Virus record (IMG/VR): IMGVR_UViG_3300033547_000001
Coordinates: 1-64,000 of that record
Length of the DNA stretch: 64,000 bases
Direction: 5' to 3' (one strand)
Source: a virus
Lineage: Duplodnaviria; Caudoviricetes
Below are positions 1-8,845 of the stretch, in pieces. Made by a program: the position numbers and the translations under genes. The notes beneath the pieces are model-generated. The model searched no databases, was not told the origin of the DNA, and saw only the letters and a program-made list of their open reading frames with translations. Each line of letters starts with the position of its first letter. Positions within the stretch are counted from its first letter, which is position 1.

Positions 1-275
1 TGGACCTGTCGGAGTTGAGCCTGACCCGGCGCGAGATGGGTCAAATATTCTTCCCAAAGGAAGCGCGCGTCGGTGGTGAATAGCGGGCTATCGCTGTCGT
101 ATATCGCGGTGTCGAACGACGCGCGGACGCCGGCTAAGAGTCCGCTGTAGTCGTGCTCATGCCGGGACCGTACCTCAGGCGCTAGCGCCTCGACGGCGCT
201 GGCAGCGGGACCAACCTGGGCGGAGGCAGTGGTTGGCTTGTTCTTCGGCTTCCTTCGATTTGGGTGATTTATCAT
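1..275 (-). CDS. Hypothetical phage protein, truncated by window start
   Basis: Not in ORF track. Read by hand: GGAG RBS, ATG at 275, open frame MINHPNRRKPKNK...PLFTTDARFLWEEYLTHL running off the window edge. Confidence 0.6.
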   Translation of the reverse strand, partial: MINHPNRRKPKNKPTTASAQVGPAASAVEALAPEVRSRHEHDYSGLLAGVRASFDTAIYDSDSPLFTTDARFLWEEYLTHLAPGQAQLRQV

Positions 276-335
276 AACAAGGGTCTCCTGCCCCTAAGAT
301 CCGCTGAGGCGCACGGTTACTCCAGAAATATCGTC

Positions 336-830
336 TCAGTTCAACTTGCCGTCGGTCGGTTTGCCGCGGCCAACCTTGCTGAGCGCATCTTCCTTGATCT
401 TGTCGACTGCGCTGCTCGTGACGCTGGCGCCAGGCTGGCGCAGGTGGCGCGGCCTGAGGTCCTCCTGATCATCCGGAGGGTCGGGGATGTCGTCGCCTTC
501 ATCGGCCGGTGCCTTGCGGTCGTCCAATAGATCCTCGCGCGCAAATTTCTCGTAGCCGCACATCACGTCGAAATGAAATAAATATTCGTTGCGCTTCACC
601 GGGTCCATCTTGCGCAGCTTCATCACCCAGGCGAACGCGCCCTTATGCAGGTTCTTCCCGCTCACGGCGTCGGCGATCAACTCGCTTTTGCGCGTGCGCG
701 CATTGTCCATCGCCGTGTTCGCATTGGCGACCTTACCTACGAGCGTGTCGTATTCGCCCTTGTTGATTGCGACCGAAGACGTCTGATCGTCAGCCTTCGG
801 CTTATCGGCAGTTTCGGTTTTCTTCGGCAT
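336..830 (-). CDS. GapR-like (DUF2312-like) nucleoid-associated DNA-binding protein
   Basis: Helical core KSELIADAVSGKNLHKGAFAWVMKLRKMDPVKRNEYL resembles the DUF2312/GapR pattern; acidic/basic tail. Confidence 0.5.
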   Translation of the reverse strand: MPKKTETADKPKADDQTSSVAINKGEYDTLVGKVANANTAMDNARTRKSELIADAVSGKNLHKGAFAWVMKLRKMDPVKRNEYLFHFDVMCGYEKFAREDLLDDRKAPADEGDDIPDPPDDQEDLRPRHLRQPGASVTSSAVDKIKEDALSKVGRGKPTDGKLN

Positions 831-853
831 TGCTCACGTGCTCCATCTTGGTT

Positions 854-901
854 CGAGGCGACCAGCCTGGGTAAGGGGATTGCAATTGGCTGGTCGCCTC
901 G
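854..901. repeat. Perfect 14-bp inverted repeat in the leader of the GapR-like gene
   Basis: CGAGGCGACCAGCC (854-867) and GGCTGGTCGCCTCG (888-901), 20-nt loop. Confidence 0.85.
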
Positions 902-1161
902 TTCCTTGCTCGCGCTAATGGTGGACCCGAAGGCGCGAACAAACTGATGAATGGGTGCGGGAGAGGTCCACTTCTGCCGCCGATGGGCCGATGGAATCAG
1001 GCCCCCGTCGCCTAATGGACGCTATCGCGGTGAAAATCAACTGGGGAGTTTTAGCGGTAAAAACTCTGAGGATACTGCAGAGCAGAGTCAGTAAGGGGGC
1101 GCTCTTAGGCGCCCCTTCCTCTGAGCCAATGCTCATCCCAACGGAGCCGCGCGCGAGCCGC

Positions 1162-1290
1162 TCGTACCCAATTCTACGGAACCGTGTCAATGGGTACGAA
1201 AACTCGGTACGGGCCGGGTACGGGGCGGATACGCGGGTACGCGGAACTGGCTATGACATTGATTCCAAAGAAGAACAATTTTTCGTACCC
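1162..1290. repeat. Cluster of GGTACG/GGGTACG motifs in both orientations
   Basis: Copies near 1163 (rev), 1192, 1206, 1216, 1235, 1284 (rev); TCGTACCCA and TGGGTACGA form a 9-bp inverted repeat. Confidence 0.65.
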
Positions 1291-1357
1291 GCCACCACTT
1301 CAGACCAAGAAAAATATTCTCAGTTTTCCCCGTTATCCCCTGCCGGCTCAAAAATAA

Positions 1358-1387
1358 AGCTGGCGTATCCTCAACTGTGAGTATACA
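1358..1387 (+). promoter_or_regulatory. Putative early promoter with CTCAACT box
   Basis: AGCTGGCG-N4-CTCAACT-N5-TATA, identical spacing to 7148-7175. Confidence 0.55.
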
Positions 1388-1439
1388 TCAGCGCCAGGCG
1401 ACTCGCTTCCGAGCCTCGCCACATCAGGAGCATCAGACC

Positions 1440-2537
1440 ATGAAGTCAGGCCTCACCCTCGTCCAACTCGCCCAGGAAATCGAACGCCGCGCCAACGCGA
1501 AGAAGGACATCGTCGCCAACACCAGTAAGACCACGTTCGCCGCGACCGGCGACGAGAAGAACGCGAATTTCCGGCTGCAAGCCGGCGGCCTCGACTTCGG
1601 CGTCAACGACATCGCCCACTCCCAGGTGGCGACCCACACCGAGATCCCGAAGGCTTACTACGACAAGATGCGCTCAGCGGCGCCGGCGCTACTGTCCGAC
1701 AACGTCAACTGCTGGTTCCAGAAATATCCGTCTCCCCGCATGATCCGAACCCTCGACGGCAATGCGCGGGCCTTCCTATCCGACAAGTACCGGCCGCTGG
1801 AGAACGAGGACCTCGCCGAGGCCGTCATCCCGCCGCTCATGGAGCTCGGCCTCGACGTCATGTCCTCGCAGATCACCGACCGCAAGCTGTACATCAAGTG
1901 CGTCCACCCGAAAGTGACCCGCGAGCTCAAGGCGCTCGGTGGCAAGTTCGGTGACGGGCAGCACAACATCGTCCGCTGTCTCGCGCCGGCGATCACGATC
2001 AGCAACAGCGAGGTGGGCGAAGGCGCCTTGTCAATCCTCGGCGGCGTCTACGACCGCTTCTGCAGCAACCTCGCCTCGTTCGGCGAGCGGTCGACGCGCA
2101 AGTACCATGTCGGCGGGAAGCACGAGCTCGGCGGAGAGGACGCCTACGCGATGCTGTCGGACCAGACCCGGCGCATCACCGACGCGGCGCTGTGGGCCCA
2201 GGTCGGCGACATCGTGCGCGGAGCGTTCAACGAGGCAAACTTCGCCGCGCTGTGCGACAAGATCGCTGAGACTGCTACTCACAAGATCGAGGGCGACGTC
2301 GTCAAGGTAGTCGAACTCGCCAGCAAGCGCTTCCGGCTGAACGAGGCCGAAGGTAGTTCGGTTCTGAGGCAGTTGATCGAGGGCGCCGACCTGTCTCGCT
2401 TCGGGCTCTACAACGCGATCACGCGCGCGTCGCAGGACATCACGGATTACGATCGAGCGACGGAGCTCGAGCGCATGGGCGCGCAGGTCATCGAACTGCC
2501 GGCCGGCGAGTGGAAGCAGCTGGCTGCTGCTGCCTAG
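1440..2537 (+). CDS. DUF932-like phage/plasmid protein
   Basis: MKSGLTLVQLAQEIERR start after CAGGAG; RAFLSDKYRPLEN and ISNSEVG motifs typical of this family. Confidence 0.7.
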   Translation: MKSGLTLVQLAQEIERRANAKKDIVANTSKTTFAATGDEKNANFRLQAGGLDFGVNDIAHSQVATHTEIPKAYYDKMRSAAPALLSDNVNCWFQKYPSPRMIRTLDGNARAFLSDKYRPLENEDLAEAVIPPLMELGLDVMSSQITDRKLYIKCVHPKVTRELKALGGKFGDGQHNIVRCLAPAITISNSEVGEGALSILGGVYDRFCSNLASFGERSTRKYHVGGKHELGGEDAYAMLSDQTRRITDAALWAQVGDIVRGAFNEANFAALCDKIAETATHKIEGDVVKVVELASKRFRLNEAEGSSVLRQLIEGADLSRFGLYNAITRASQDITDYDRATELERMGAQVIELPAGEWKQLAAAA

Positions 2538-2541
2538 CGCC

Positions 2542-2733
2542 ATGGTCGAGAAGATAGGACAGAAAGAGCTGCGCCTTCGAGAGTTGGCGCAGCAGACTCG
2601 CAGGGCGAAGAACGTCCGCGCGAAGGCTGTGCCCGACCTAAGTGTTCTCTATGAACTCAGGGAGAAGGTCGCGAAGGTCTCGCCCAAGAAGCCAAAGAAG
2701 AAGCATGCCAAGAAGAAATGGACGCGGCGATGA
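2542..2733 (+). CDS. Hypothetical basic protein
   Basis: ORF in tightly packed co-directional string. Confidence 0.55.
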   Translation: MVEKIGQKELRLRELAQQTRRAKNVRAKAVPDLSVLYELREKVAKVSPKKPKKKHAKKKWTRR

Positions 2734-2927
2734 CGCCTGACGACAAGGACCTTCTGTTCCTGCTCGGCCGCATGGTTCTGCGAAACAGCGGCGTGCGCGT
2801 GACAGCGGTAGAGGAGCGCCAGATCAGGCAGTGCATCCGCCGCTCCGAGATGGAGGAAGACCGCGTCAGGGACGAGGTCAGGACCGAGATCGCGATACGG
2901 TTTTCGAAGCAGAAGAGGACGCTATGA
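2730..2927 (+). CDS. Hypothetical protein
   Basis: ATGA overlaps with both neighbours. Confidence 0.6.
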   Translation: MTPDDKDLLFLLGRMVLRNSGVRVTAVEERQIRQCIRRSEMEEDRVRDEVRTEIAIRFSKQKRTL

Positions 2928-3136
2928 CGACGGAAGCAGATATCCTGTACCAAAATGGCGATCACTGGATTGCGAGGGAGGGAAAGTGTTTTCGCGTCTA
3001 CCGCGATGGTACTACTCACGCGACGCTTACTGACAGCATCGGAGTATCCCTCCCCAATGCATTCGATCGGGCAAAGGCCTGCGCCGATCGTCGCGAGGAA
3101 ACTCAATCACAGCAAAAATCCTTTCGACGGCCATGA
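2924..3136 (+). CDS. Hypothetical protein
   Basis: GAGG RBS, ATGA overlaps at both ends. Confidence 0.6.
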   Translation: MTTEADILYQNGDHWIAREGKCFRVYRDGTTHATLTDSIGVSLPNAFDRAKACADRREETQSQQKSFRRP

Positions 3137-4602
3137 CGCATCGTTGGGCCGAACCAGTCTATATCGACCACACTACAACGCTGCGCGCTTGCAAGAAGTG
3201 CCCGATCACGAAGGTGTCGCGCCATGAGCCAGACAACGACCCGCCCCACTGGTTCGAGTGGGAGCGCGACGGCAACAGATTTCAATCGACCAAAACCCCA
3301 GCCTGTGAGGAAAGCACCATGGCCAAGAAACCCGAAGCACCCAAGAAATCGGACATTCGATTAATAGAACTCCGCGCCGAAAATTTTAAAAAACTGTCCG
3401 CCATCAGCATCTCGCCAACTGGCGGCCTGTTCGAGATCGCCGGCGCCAACGAACAGGGCAAGTCGAGCGTGCTCGACGCGTTCATGGCCGCGATCGGCGG
3501 CCCGACGTACTTCCCGCCTGAGCCCATCCGCCGCGGCGAGGAACAGAGCCTGCTGCAGGTCAACCTCGGCGACCTGGTGGTGGTGAGGCGGATTTGGCAT
3601 CGGGACGGCGGCGGGGTGAACCAGGAGGTGATCATCCAGTGGGCCGACGGTCGCCGGCCAGCGAAGCCGCAGACCGTGCTGAACGAACTCCGCGGCTCGC
3701 CGATCGCGGATGATCCGGTGGCGTTCGCTCGGCTGAAGCCAAAGGATCGCCTCGACCTGCTGAAGAAGCTGGTCCCAGACGTCGATTTCGACGACCTCGC
3801 GAAGCAGCGCCAGGAGCTTTTTGACGCTCGCACCATCGTCGGCCGCGATCACGACAAGGCGAAGGCGGTGGTCGAGACGATGCCGGTGGAGAAGACCGGC
3901 GACGTCACCCCGCGGAACATAGCCGAGCTCGCCACCAAGCTGCAGGAGGCGAACGACGCCAACGCTATGCGTGAGCGCCAGTTCGCCGGGCGCGAGCTGG
4001 CGTCCGACACGATCGCCGACCTCCGCGACCAGGCCGACCGGCTTATCGCCCAGGCGGCTGCTAAGAACCTCGAGGCGAACGAGCTTGAGAAGAAGCTGAG
4101 GGCCGCCCAGCCGCTGCCGGACATCGTCGACGTGCGGCCACTGCAGGCCATGATCGCCAGCGCCGAGGAGTGGAACGAGAAGGCGCGCAAGGCCAAGGAG
4201 CGCGCTGAGAAGATCAAGGAGCGAGATGCTCTATCCGTCGCCTATGATGACCTGAGCGCCGAGATTGACGCGCTGGACGAGCAGAAGAAAACGGCTATCG
4301 CCGGCGCGAAGCTGCCGGTCCCGGGCCTCGGGTTCGGCGAGAACGACATCACGCTGGACGGCCTGCCGTTCGAGCAGGCCTCGTCCGCGCGCCGGATCCG
4401 CGTCGCGACCGCGCTGCTGATGGCGCTCAAGCCGGACATCAAGGTGCTGCTGGTGCGCGAGGGATCGCTTCTCGACGAGGGGATGCGCGAGGCACTGCAC
4501 GAGGAGGCGGTTAAAAATGACTTTATTGTGCTCTTTGAGACTGTCGGAAAGGATCTAGGTGGTACGGAAGGTGTCATAATTAGTGACGGAGAAATCTTGT
4601 GA
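3133..4602 (+). CDS. SMC/Rad50-like AAA ATPase (second in-frame start at 3319)
   Basis: LRAENFKKL, Walker A GANEQGKS, long coiled coil, signature-like QASSA, Walker B-like LLVREGSLLD. Confidence 0.8.
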   Translation: MTHRWAEPVYIDHTTTLRACKKCPITKVSRHEPDNDPPHWFEWERDGNRFQSTKTPACEESTMAKKPEAPKKSDIRLIELRAENFKKLSAISISPTGGLFEIAGANEQGKSSVLDAFMAAIGGPTYFPPEPIRRGEEQSLLQVNLGDLVVVRRIWHRDGGGVNQEVIIQWADGRRPAKPQTVLNELRGSPIADDPVAFARLKPKDRLDLLKKLVPDVDFDDLAKQRQELFDARTIVGRDHDKAKAVVETMPVEKTGDVTPRNIAELATKLQEANDANAMRERQFAGRELASDTIADLRDQADRLIAQAAAKNLEANELEKKLRAAQPLPDIVDVRPLQAMIASAEEWNEKARKAKERAEKIKERDALSVAYDDLSAEIDALDEQKKTAIAGAKLPVPGLGFGENDITLDGLPFEQASSARRIRVATALLMALKPDIKVLLVREGSLLDEGMREALHEEAVKNDFIVLFETVGKDLGGTEGVIISDGEIL

Positions 4603-5222
4603 GTATGTCCTCTATGTCGTGCCCTACCTGTGGGATAGCGTTTACTTTCAAAACATATCTACGACGGCCACGTAAGTTCTGTAGTCACAGATGCTCACTT
4701 GTGAGACGAGCTACTTTTCTTCCAGACGAAGATAGGTTTTGGAGTCGAGTTACTAAGGGTTCAGACACGGAATGCTGGATTTGGTCAGCAGGATGCGAAG
4801 GACAAGGCTATGGATGCTTTCCCTGTAATGGTAGAAATTGGAAGGCCCATAGGTATGCGTGGGAATTAAAAAACGGGCCAATTCCAAGAGGAAAATGCGT
4901 ACTCCATAGGTGTGACAATCCTCCGTGCGTAAATGAAAAACATTTGTTTCTTGGTACCAAGAAGATGAACACCCAAGACATGATTGCCAAAGGTCGCGGT
5001 GGTTGGAAAAATGGAACAGAGTGGCAAAGCACTCACGCAGGTAAATCGCCAAAAGGCGAACTCAACAGACATGCAAAACTTACTTACACTGATGTGGTTG
5101 CAATACGGCAATTAGCCGCGTTGCTTGGGCCGACAACTCGGATTGTCGCACTTCAGTACAAACTTCACCCAGACACAGTGCGAGCAATCGTGAAAAGAAA
5201 ACTATGGAGCCATCTGCCATGA
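4599..5222 (+). CDS. HNH homing endonuclease
   Basis: N-terminal CPTC/KFCSHRC, CWIW, KAHRYAW, VLHRCDNPPCVNEKHL; visibly lower GC than flanks. Confidence 0.85.
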   Translation: MSMSSMSCPTCGIAFTFKTYLRRPRKFCSHRCSLVRRATFLPDEDRFWSRVTKGSDTECWIWSAGCEGQGYGCFPCNGRNWKAHRYAWELKNGPIPRGKCVLHRCDNPPCVNEKHLFLGTKKMNTQDMIAKGRGGWKNGTEWQSTHAGKSPKGELNRHAKLTYTDVVAIRQLAALLGPTTRIVALQYKLHPDTVRAIVKRKLWSHLP

Positions 5223-5752
5223 CACAGAACTACGACAGCGACGACGTCCTGCTGCCGCCTTGGGCGGACAGGCTAGCGCACGGAGACTATAGGGTCGTCG
5301 GCGCCATGCTGCCGACCAGGGACGGCAGGAAGATGGGCAACGCGACCCTGCTTCTGTGGACGTTGAGCAAGTCAGGGGACGCCGCCGTCGCCACCATTCG
5401 GACCGACGCCGGCAACGAGGTTAGGATGACGGAGCGAGAGCTTGAGGATCAGTTCTGGCCGCCGACGTGGTTGCGCAAGAAAGACGGAGTGGAAGGCGCG
5501 CGCGACTTCATCCCGTACTCGGAGATCGCCAAGAATCTCGTCGATAATGGCGGCAACCAGGGGCAGGCGATCATGTCGATCGCCGAGAGCCTGAAGCGCA
5601 TCGCTGACATGGGGCCAGCCTTAGGCGAAGTCGGATGGCACCTAAAACGCATCGCTGACGTCATCGACCCGGTGGACAAGTCCCGCGGCGATTTCTTCCA
5701 GCAGGCTAACGAATGGTTCCATACCTGGCTTGGCGTGTGGAGAGACCGGTGA
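5219..5752 (+). CDS. Hypothetical protein
   Basis: ATGA overlap with HNH stop; phage-like codon use. Confidence 0.6.
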   Translation: MTQNYDSDDVLLPPWADRLAHGDYRVVGAMLPTRDGRKMGNATLLLWTLSKSGDAAVATIRTDAGNEVRMTERELEDQFWPPTWLRKKDGVEGARDFIPYSEIAKNLVDNGGNQGQAIMSIAESLKRIADMGPALGEVGWHLKRIADVIDPVDKSRGDFFQQANEWFHTWLGVWRDR

Positions 5753-5832
5753 ACATCGTGTGCACAAGCAAAGATGTCGATTGTTCTGTGCTGGCGACTC
5801 AGGCTTATGCAGCGGCTTCACAGGAGGCCGCA

Positions 5833-6030
5833 ATGCCCGATACTCCGAACGATATCGCTTTAGCGCTCGCCGACGCATTGCCGCGGAGCGCTCGGCGCCG
5901 CGACGAGATCATCGCTGTGGGTATCCTGGCGACGGCGCTCATTGCAGGTTCTGCGCCTGATGGTCGCGCCGAACTGGTCGAGGAGTTCTGCGCGATCCTG
6001 CGCGAGAGCGTGGCGGGGGAATTGAACTGA
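5833..6030 (+). CDS. Hypothetical protein (alternative GTG start at 5749)
   Basis: CAGGAGG RBS before ATG 5833. Confidence 0.55.
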   Translation: MPDTPNDIALALADALPRSARRRDEIIAVGILATALIAGSAPDGRAELVEEFCAILRESVAGELN

Positions 6031-6473
6031 TGAAGATCATACGGATGCATGGCTGCAGTTTAGCCGATGAGGAATTTACTCTGGATCCGGAGATCTGGGG
6101 CGACGAGATCAGCTGGAATATTACCAGAATCCAGCGCGACGCAATCTCAGGTATACTGGGGCCGCCAGAGATGATCTCAATCAGCCGCCTTCCACCGATG
6201 GGACCACAGCACGAGGCTAACATCGACAGAAAGAAGGTAAGCCAGATGCTGGCCGCGCACGCATCCTGCGCGGACGGCTATCTGTCTCCACTGAATATCC
6301 CAGTTCTCCAGATAATCTTTGAGCACCACGGCAAACTTCACCGCATTCCGGTTGACGGCAATCATCGCCTCTATGCGCTGATGCAACTTGGTCTGGTGAC
6401 CTTCGACGCCTACCAAGTCTCGGCCCAGACTGAGCATCGCTACAGGATCACGATGGAACAGATCGATGCCTGA
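6030..6473 (+). CDS. ParB/sulfiredoxin-like domain protein
   Basis: IPVDGNHRLYAL motif. Confidence 0.6.
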   Translation: MKIIRMHGCSLADEEFTLDPEIWGDEISWNITRIQRDAISGILGPPEMISISRLPPMGPQHEANIDRKKVSQMLAAHASCADGYLSPLNIPVLQIIFEHHGKLHRIPVDGNHRLYALMQLGLVTFDAYQVSAQTEHRYRITMEQIDA

Positions 6474-6705
6474 TCTGACCGAGGAGCAGAGGATAGCCAT
6501 GGCCCGCCAGATCGCGCTGGCCCTGCACAAGATGATGGCCGGCGTCCCCGAGAACGTCATGATGGAAGCATCGATTATGCTGCTGAAATCACTGTTCATC
6601 GCGGGTGTAAAGCCCGAGTACCGACTTAGCTTGTTCAACTCGGTCACCAAGAAGATGCGCGACGAGATCAAGACCTACGGCAAAGCAGAGGAGAAGCAGC
6701 AATGA
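6466..6705 (+). CDS. Hypothetical protein
   Basis: Coupled ORF in operon. Confidence 0.6.
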   Translation: MPDLTEEQRIAMARQIALALHKMMAGVPENVMMEASIMLLKSLFIAGVKPEYRLSLFNSVTKKMRDEIKTYGKAEEKQQ

Positions 6706-6923
6706 AGCTCGTCACCAACCAGGAGATCGGCGACCTGATCAGGGAGCGGCGCACCGCCGCCAACATGACGCAGGAGCAGCTCGGCAAGAAGCTGAGACTC
6801 ACGTTCCAGATGGTCGGAAAGTACGAGACGGGCAAGAGCACGATCACTGCTACGCGACTCGTCCAGGTCGCCTCGGCGCTCGGCGTGCGCGCCGTCGACC
6901 TGCTGCCGGCGAGGGTACGGTGA
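6702..6923 (+). CDS. XRE-family helix-turn-helix regulator
   Basis: IRERRTAANMTQEQLGKKLRLTFQMVGKYETGK. Confidence 0.85.
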   Translation: MKLVTNQEIGDLIRERRTAANMTQEQLGKKLRLTFQMVGKYETGKSTITATRLVQVASALGVRAVDLLPARVR

Positions 6924-7159
6924 GGCGCCGGACCGCCCTCGACCTTGCCTGTCACCACCCGGCCCTGACATTGATCGCCGATGCCTTATCCCGGCGGGGA
7001 GATAATGAAGGCGTCGCCGAGGCGCGGGCACTCGCGATCACCGAACTGCTGATCGACGCCGGCCACATCAGGCGCGAGGATGCCCTACGAGAGGCGCGCA
7101 AGCATCCGGCCTCCAGGGTCCGGACTGTGAAGTCAATAGCGAATAATAGCTGGCGCTGA
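6920..7159 (+). CDS. Hypothetical protein
   Basis: GTGA overlap with HTH gene. Confidence 0.5.
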   Translation: MRRRTALDLACHHPALTLIADALSRRGDNEGVAEARALAITELLIDAGHIRREDALREARKHPASRVRTVKSIANNSWR

Positions 7160-7177
7160 CTCAACTATTGTTATAGG
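7148..7177 (+). promoter_or_regulatory. Putative promoter with CTCAACT box
   Basis: AGCTGGCG-N4-CTCAACT-N5-TATA, same as 1358-1385; followed by GGAGGAAAG RBS. Confidence 0.55.
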
Positions 7178-7209
7178 ACGCCAAACTTAACCATTTGGAG
7201 GAAAGCCAC

Positions 7210-8328
7210 ATGACAAAGAAGCCACTCACCGGAACAATGCTCAGCCCCGCCGTAGCATCAGCCTATGCTTCGGCTGGTACGGCTGCCAAGACAGTCCAGG
7301 CGCCGATGATCAGGCAGGACCCGCAGAAACTGACCCTGCTGCCTGACGGGATCTACATCGGCCTATCGTCGGAGCGCTATCACGCTGACCCAGCGCTCGG
7401 ATCGTCCAACATCCGCGATCTGCGGAAGGGCGCCAACCTCTACTGGCACAAGTCGCGGATGAACCCGAACCGGCCGAAGGACAAGAAGACGCCGTCCAAG
7501 ATCCTCGGCACGGCGGTGCATCGCCTGCTGCTCGACGGGATGGACGCATACGAAGCCGACTTTGTGCGCGGCCCCTACGGGCCGGACGATGACCTGTCGC
7601 CCGGCGATAAGTCCTCGCTGACCAAAGCCGCAAAGGCAAAGCTGCTGCAGGGCCAGGAACTCCTATCGCAGGAGGACTTCGACTTCGTGCTCGGCTGCAA
7701 GGACGTCCTCGACCGCGATCCTGACCTGCAGGGCTGCCTCGACAATGGCCTGAGCGAGGTCTCGATCTTCTGGACCAGGAAGGACCTGGTCCGCTGCAAG
7801 GCCCGCCTGGACAAGTTGAAGATCCGCGGCATCGGCGATCTCAAGACGATCGCCAACGAGCGTGAGCGACCGCTCGACCAGGCCTGTTTGCTCGACATCG
7901 GGACCTATCGCTATGACATCCCGGTGGCGCACTACAGCGAAGGGCGCCGGCGAATGGCTGGATTCCTCGATCGAGGAAAAGTTTTCACTGAGGATGGTGA
8001 GGAACTGCTGGCTGCTGATTTTCCTCAGGGAAGGGAAGTTCTAGATTTCTTGTATAAGTGCGCGGCCGAGGACCACTTCGGCTTCCAGCTCGTCTTCATC
8101 CCTAAGCAGGGCGCCCCCGACGCATGGTCATGCACCATCACGCCGGTGATCGAGAACCCGATCTACGCCGAGGCCTGCGTCGACATCGAGGCGGCGATCG
8201 ACGTCTACAAGGCCGCGCTGGCCAAGTACGGGACGAGCCGGTGGCTCCCTGGTCATTCCGTCGAGGAGGTCACGCCGGATATGCTGCCGTTCGGGTTCGG
8301 CAAGCGGCGTCCGGCAGGAGTGCGTTAA
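7210..8328 (+). CDS. PD-(D/E)XK exonuclease, RecE/ExoVIII-like (DUF3799-like)
   Basis: YHADPALGSS, LGTAVH, EVSIFW, CKARLD, DLKT motifs. Confidence 0.85.
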   Translation: MTKKPLTGTMLSPAVASAYASAGTAAKTVQAPMIRQDPQKLTLLPDGIYIGLSSERYHADPALGSSNIRDLRKGANLYWHKSRMNPNRPKDKKTPSKILGTAVHRLLLDGMDAYEADFVRGPYGPDDDLSPGDKSSLTKAAKAKLLQGQELLSQEDFDFVLGCKDVLDRDPDLQGCLDNGLSEVSIFWTRKDLVRCKARLDKLKIRGIGDLKTIANERERPLDQACLLDIGTYRYDIPVAHYSEGRRRMAGFLDRGKVFTEDGEELLAADFPQGREVLDFLYKCAAEDHFGFQLVFIPKQGAPDAWSCTITPVIENPIYAEACVDIEAAIDVYKAALAKYGTSRWLPGHSVEEVTPDMLPFGFGKRRPAGVR

Positions 8329-8336
8329 AAAAGGGA

Positions 8337-8376
8337 TGGATGACCGGCGCAAATCAGTGTATACCGATAGTTGAGT
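8337..8376 (+). promoter_or_regulatory. Putative sigma70-type promoter with downstream AGTTGAG box
   Basis: TGGATG-N17-TATACCGATAGTTGAGT; the 17-mer recurs exactly at 61437-61453. Confidence 0.6.
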
Positions 8377-8404
8377 AGGCTACACACAGCGGAGGAAAGA
8401 CGCC

Positions 8405-8845
8405 ATGTGGATAATGCTATCAGACTGTTTTCTATCGGTGGTTAGTAAGGACTGCGCCCGCGACGAAGTCATGATCCGGGCGAGGCGCAAGGGAGACATC
8501 GAGAAGATATTCCCTAACGCTAAGGTGAGTCGGTATACCAAGTCCGACTATCTGTACCGCGCCGCGGTCAAGCGTGAATACCTGAAAGCCGCCCTCTGCG
8601 GCGAAGTCGATCGAATCAACTACGACAACTTCAAGAGCAGCGTCACGGACACGCCGCTTCACAACGCCTATCTGCGCGTCTGGACCGCCATGTCGACGTT
8701 GCAGGAGGTTCGCCCTTACAGCGACGGCAATCCTGCACTCGATTTCGATCAGGACGATCTAGGATTGTTGGGGGAGGGCAAAGCTGCCAAGGGCTGGCGC
8801 AGCACTTCACAAGTGTCGAAAAAACGAAGGGGGAAGAAGACATGA
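8405..8845 (+). CDS. Conserved-type phage hypothetical protein
   Basis: GGAGG RBS; MWIMLSDCFLSVV...IRARRKGDIE...DYLYRA...YDNFKSSV. Confidence 0.7.
   Translation: MWIMLSDCFLSVVSKDCARDEVMIRARRKGDIEKIFPNAKVSRYTKSDYLYRAAVKREYLKAALCGEVDRINYDNFKSSVTDTPLHNAYLRVWTAMSTLQEVRPYSDGNPALDFDQDDLGLLGEGKAAKGWRSTSQVSKKRRGKKT

Noticed and set aside
955-1380. ORFs 955..1380 (+) and 915..1190 (-) in the divergence region
   Set aside because: No convincing RBS or domain; the region contains repeats and promoter-like elements and is better read as regulatory. A small gene cannot be excluded.
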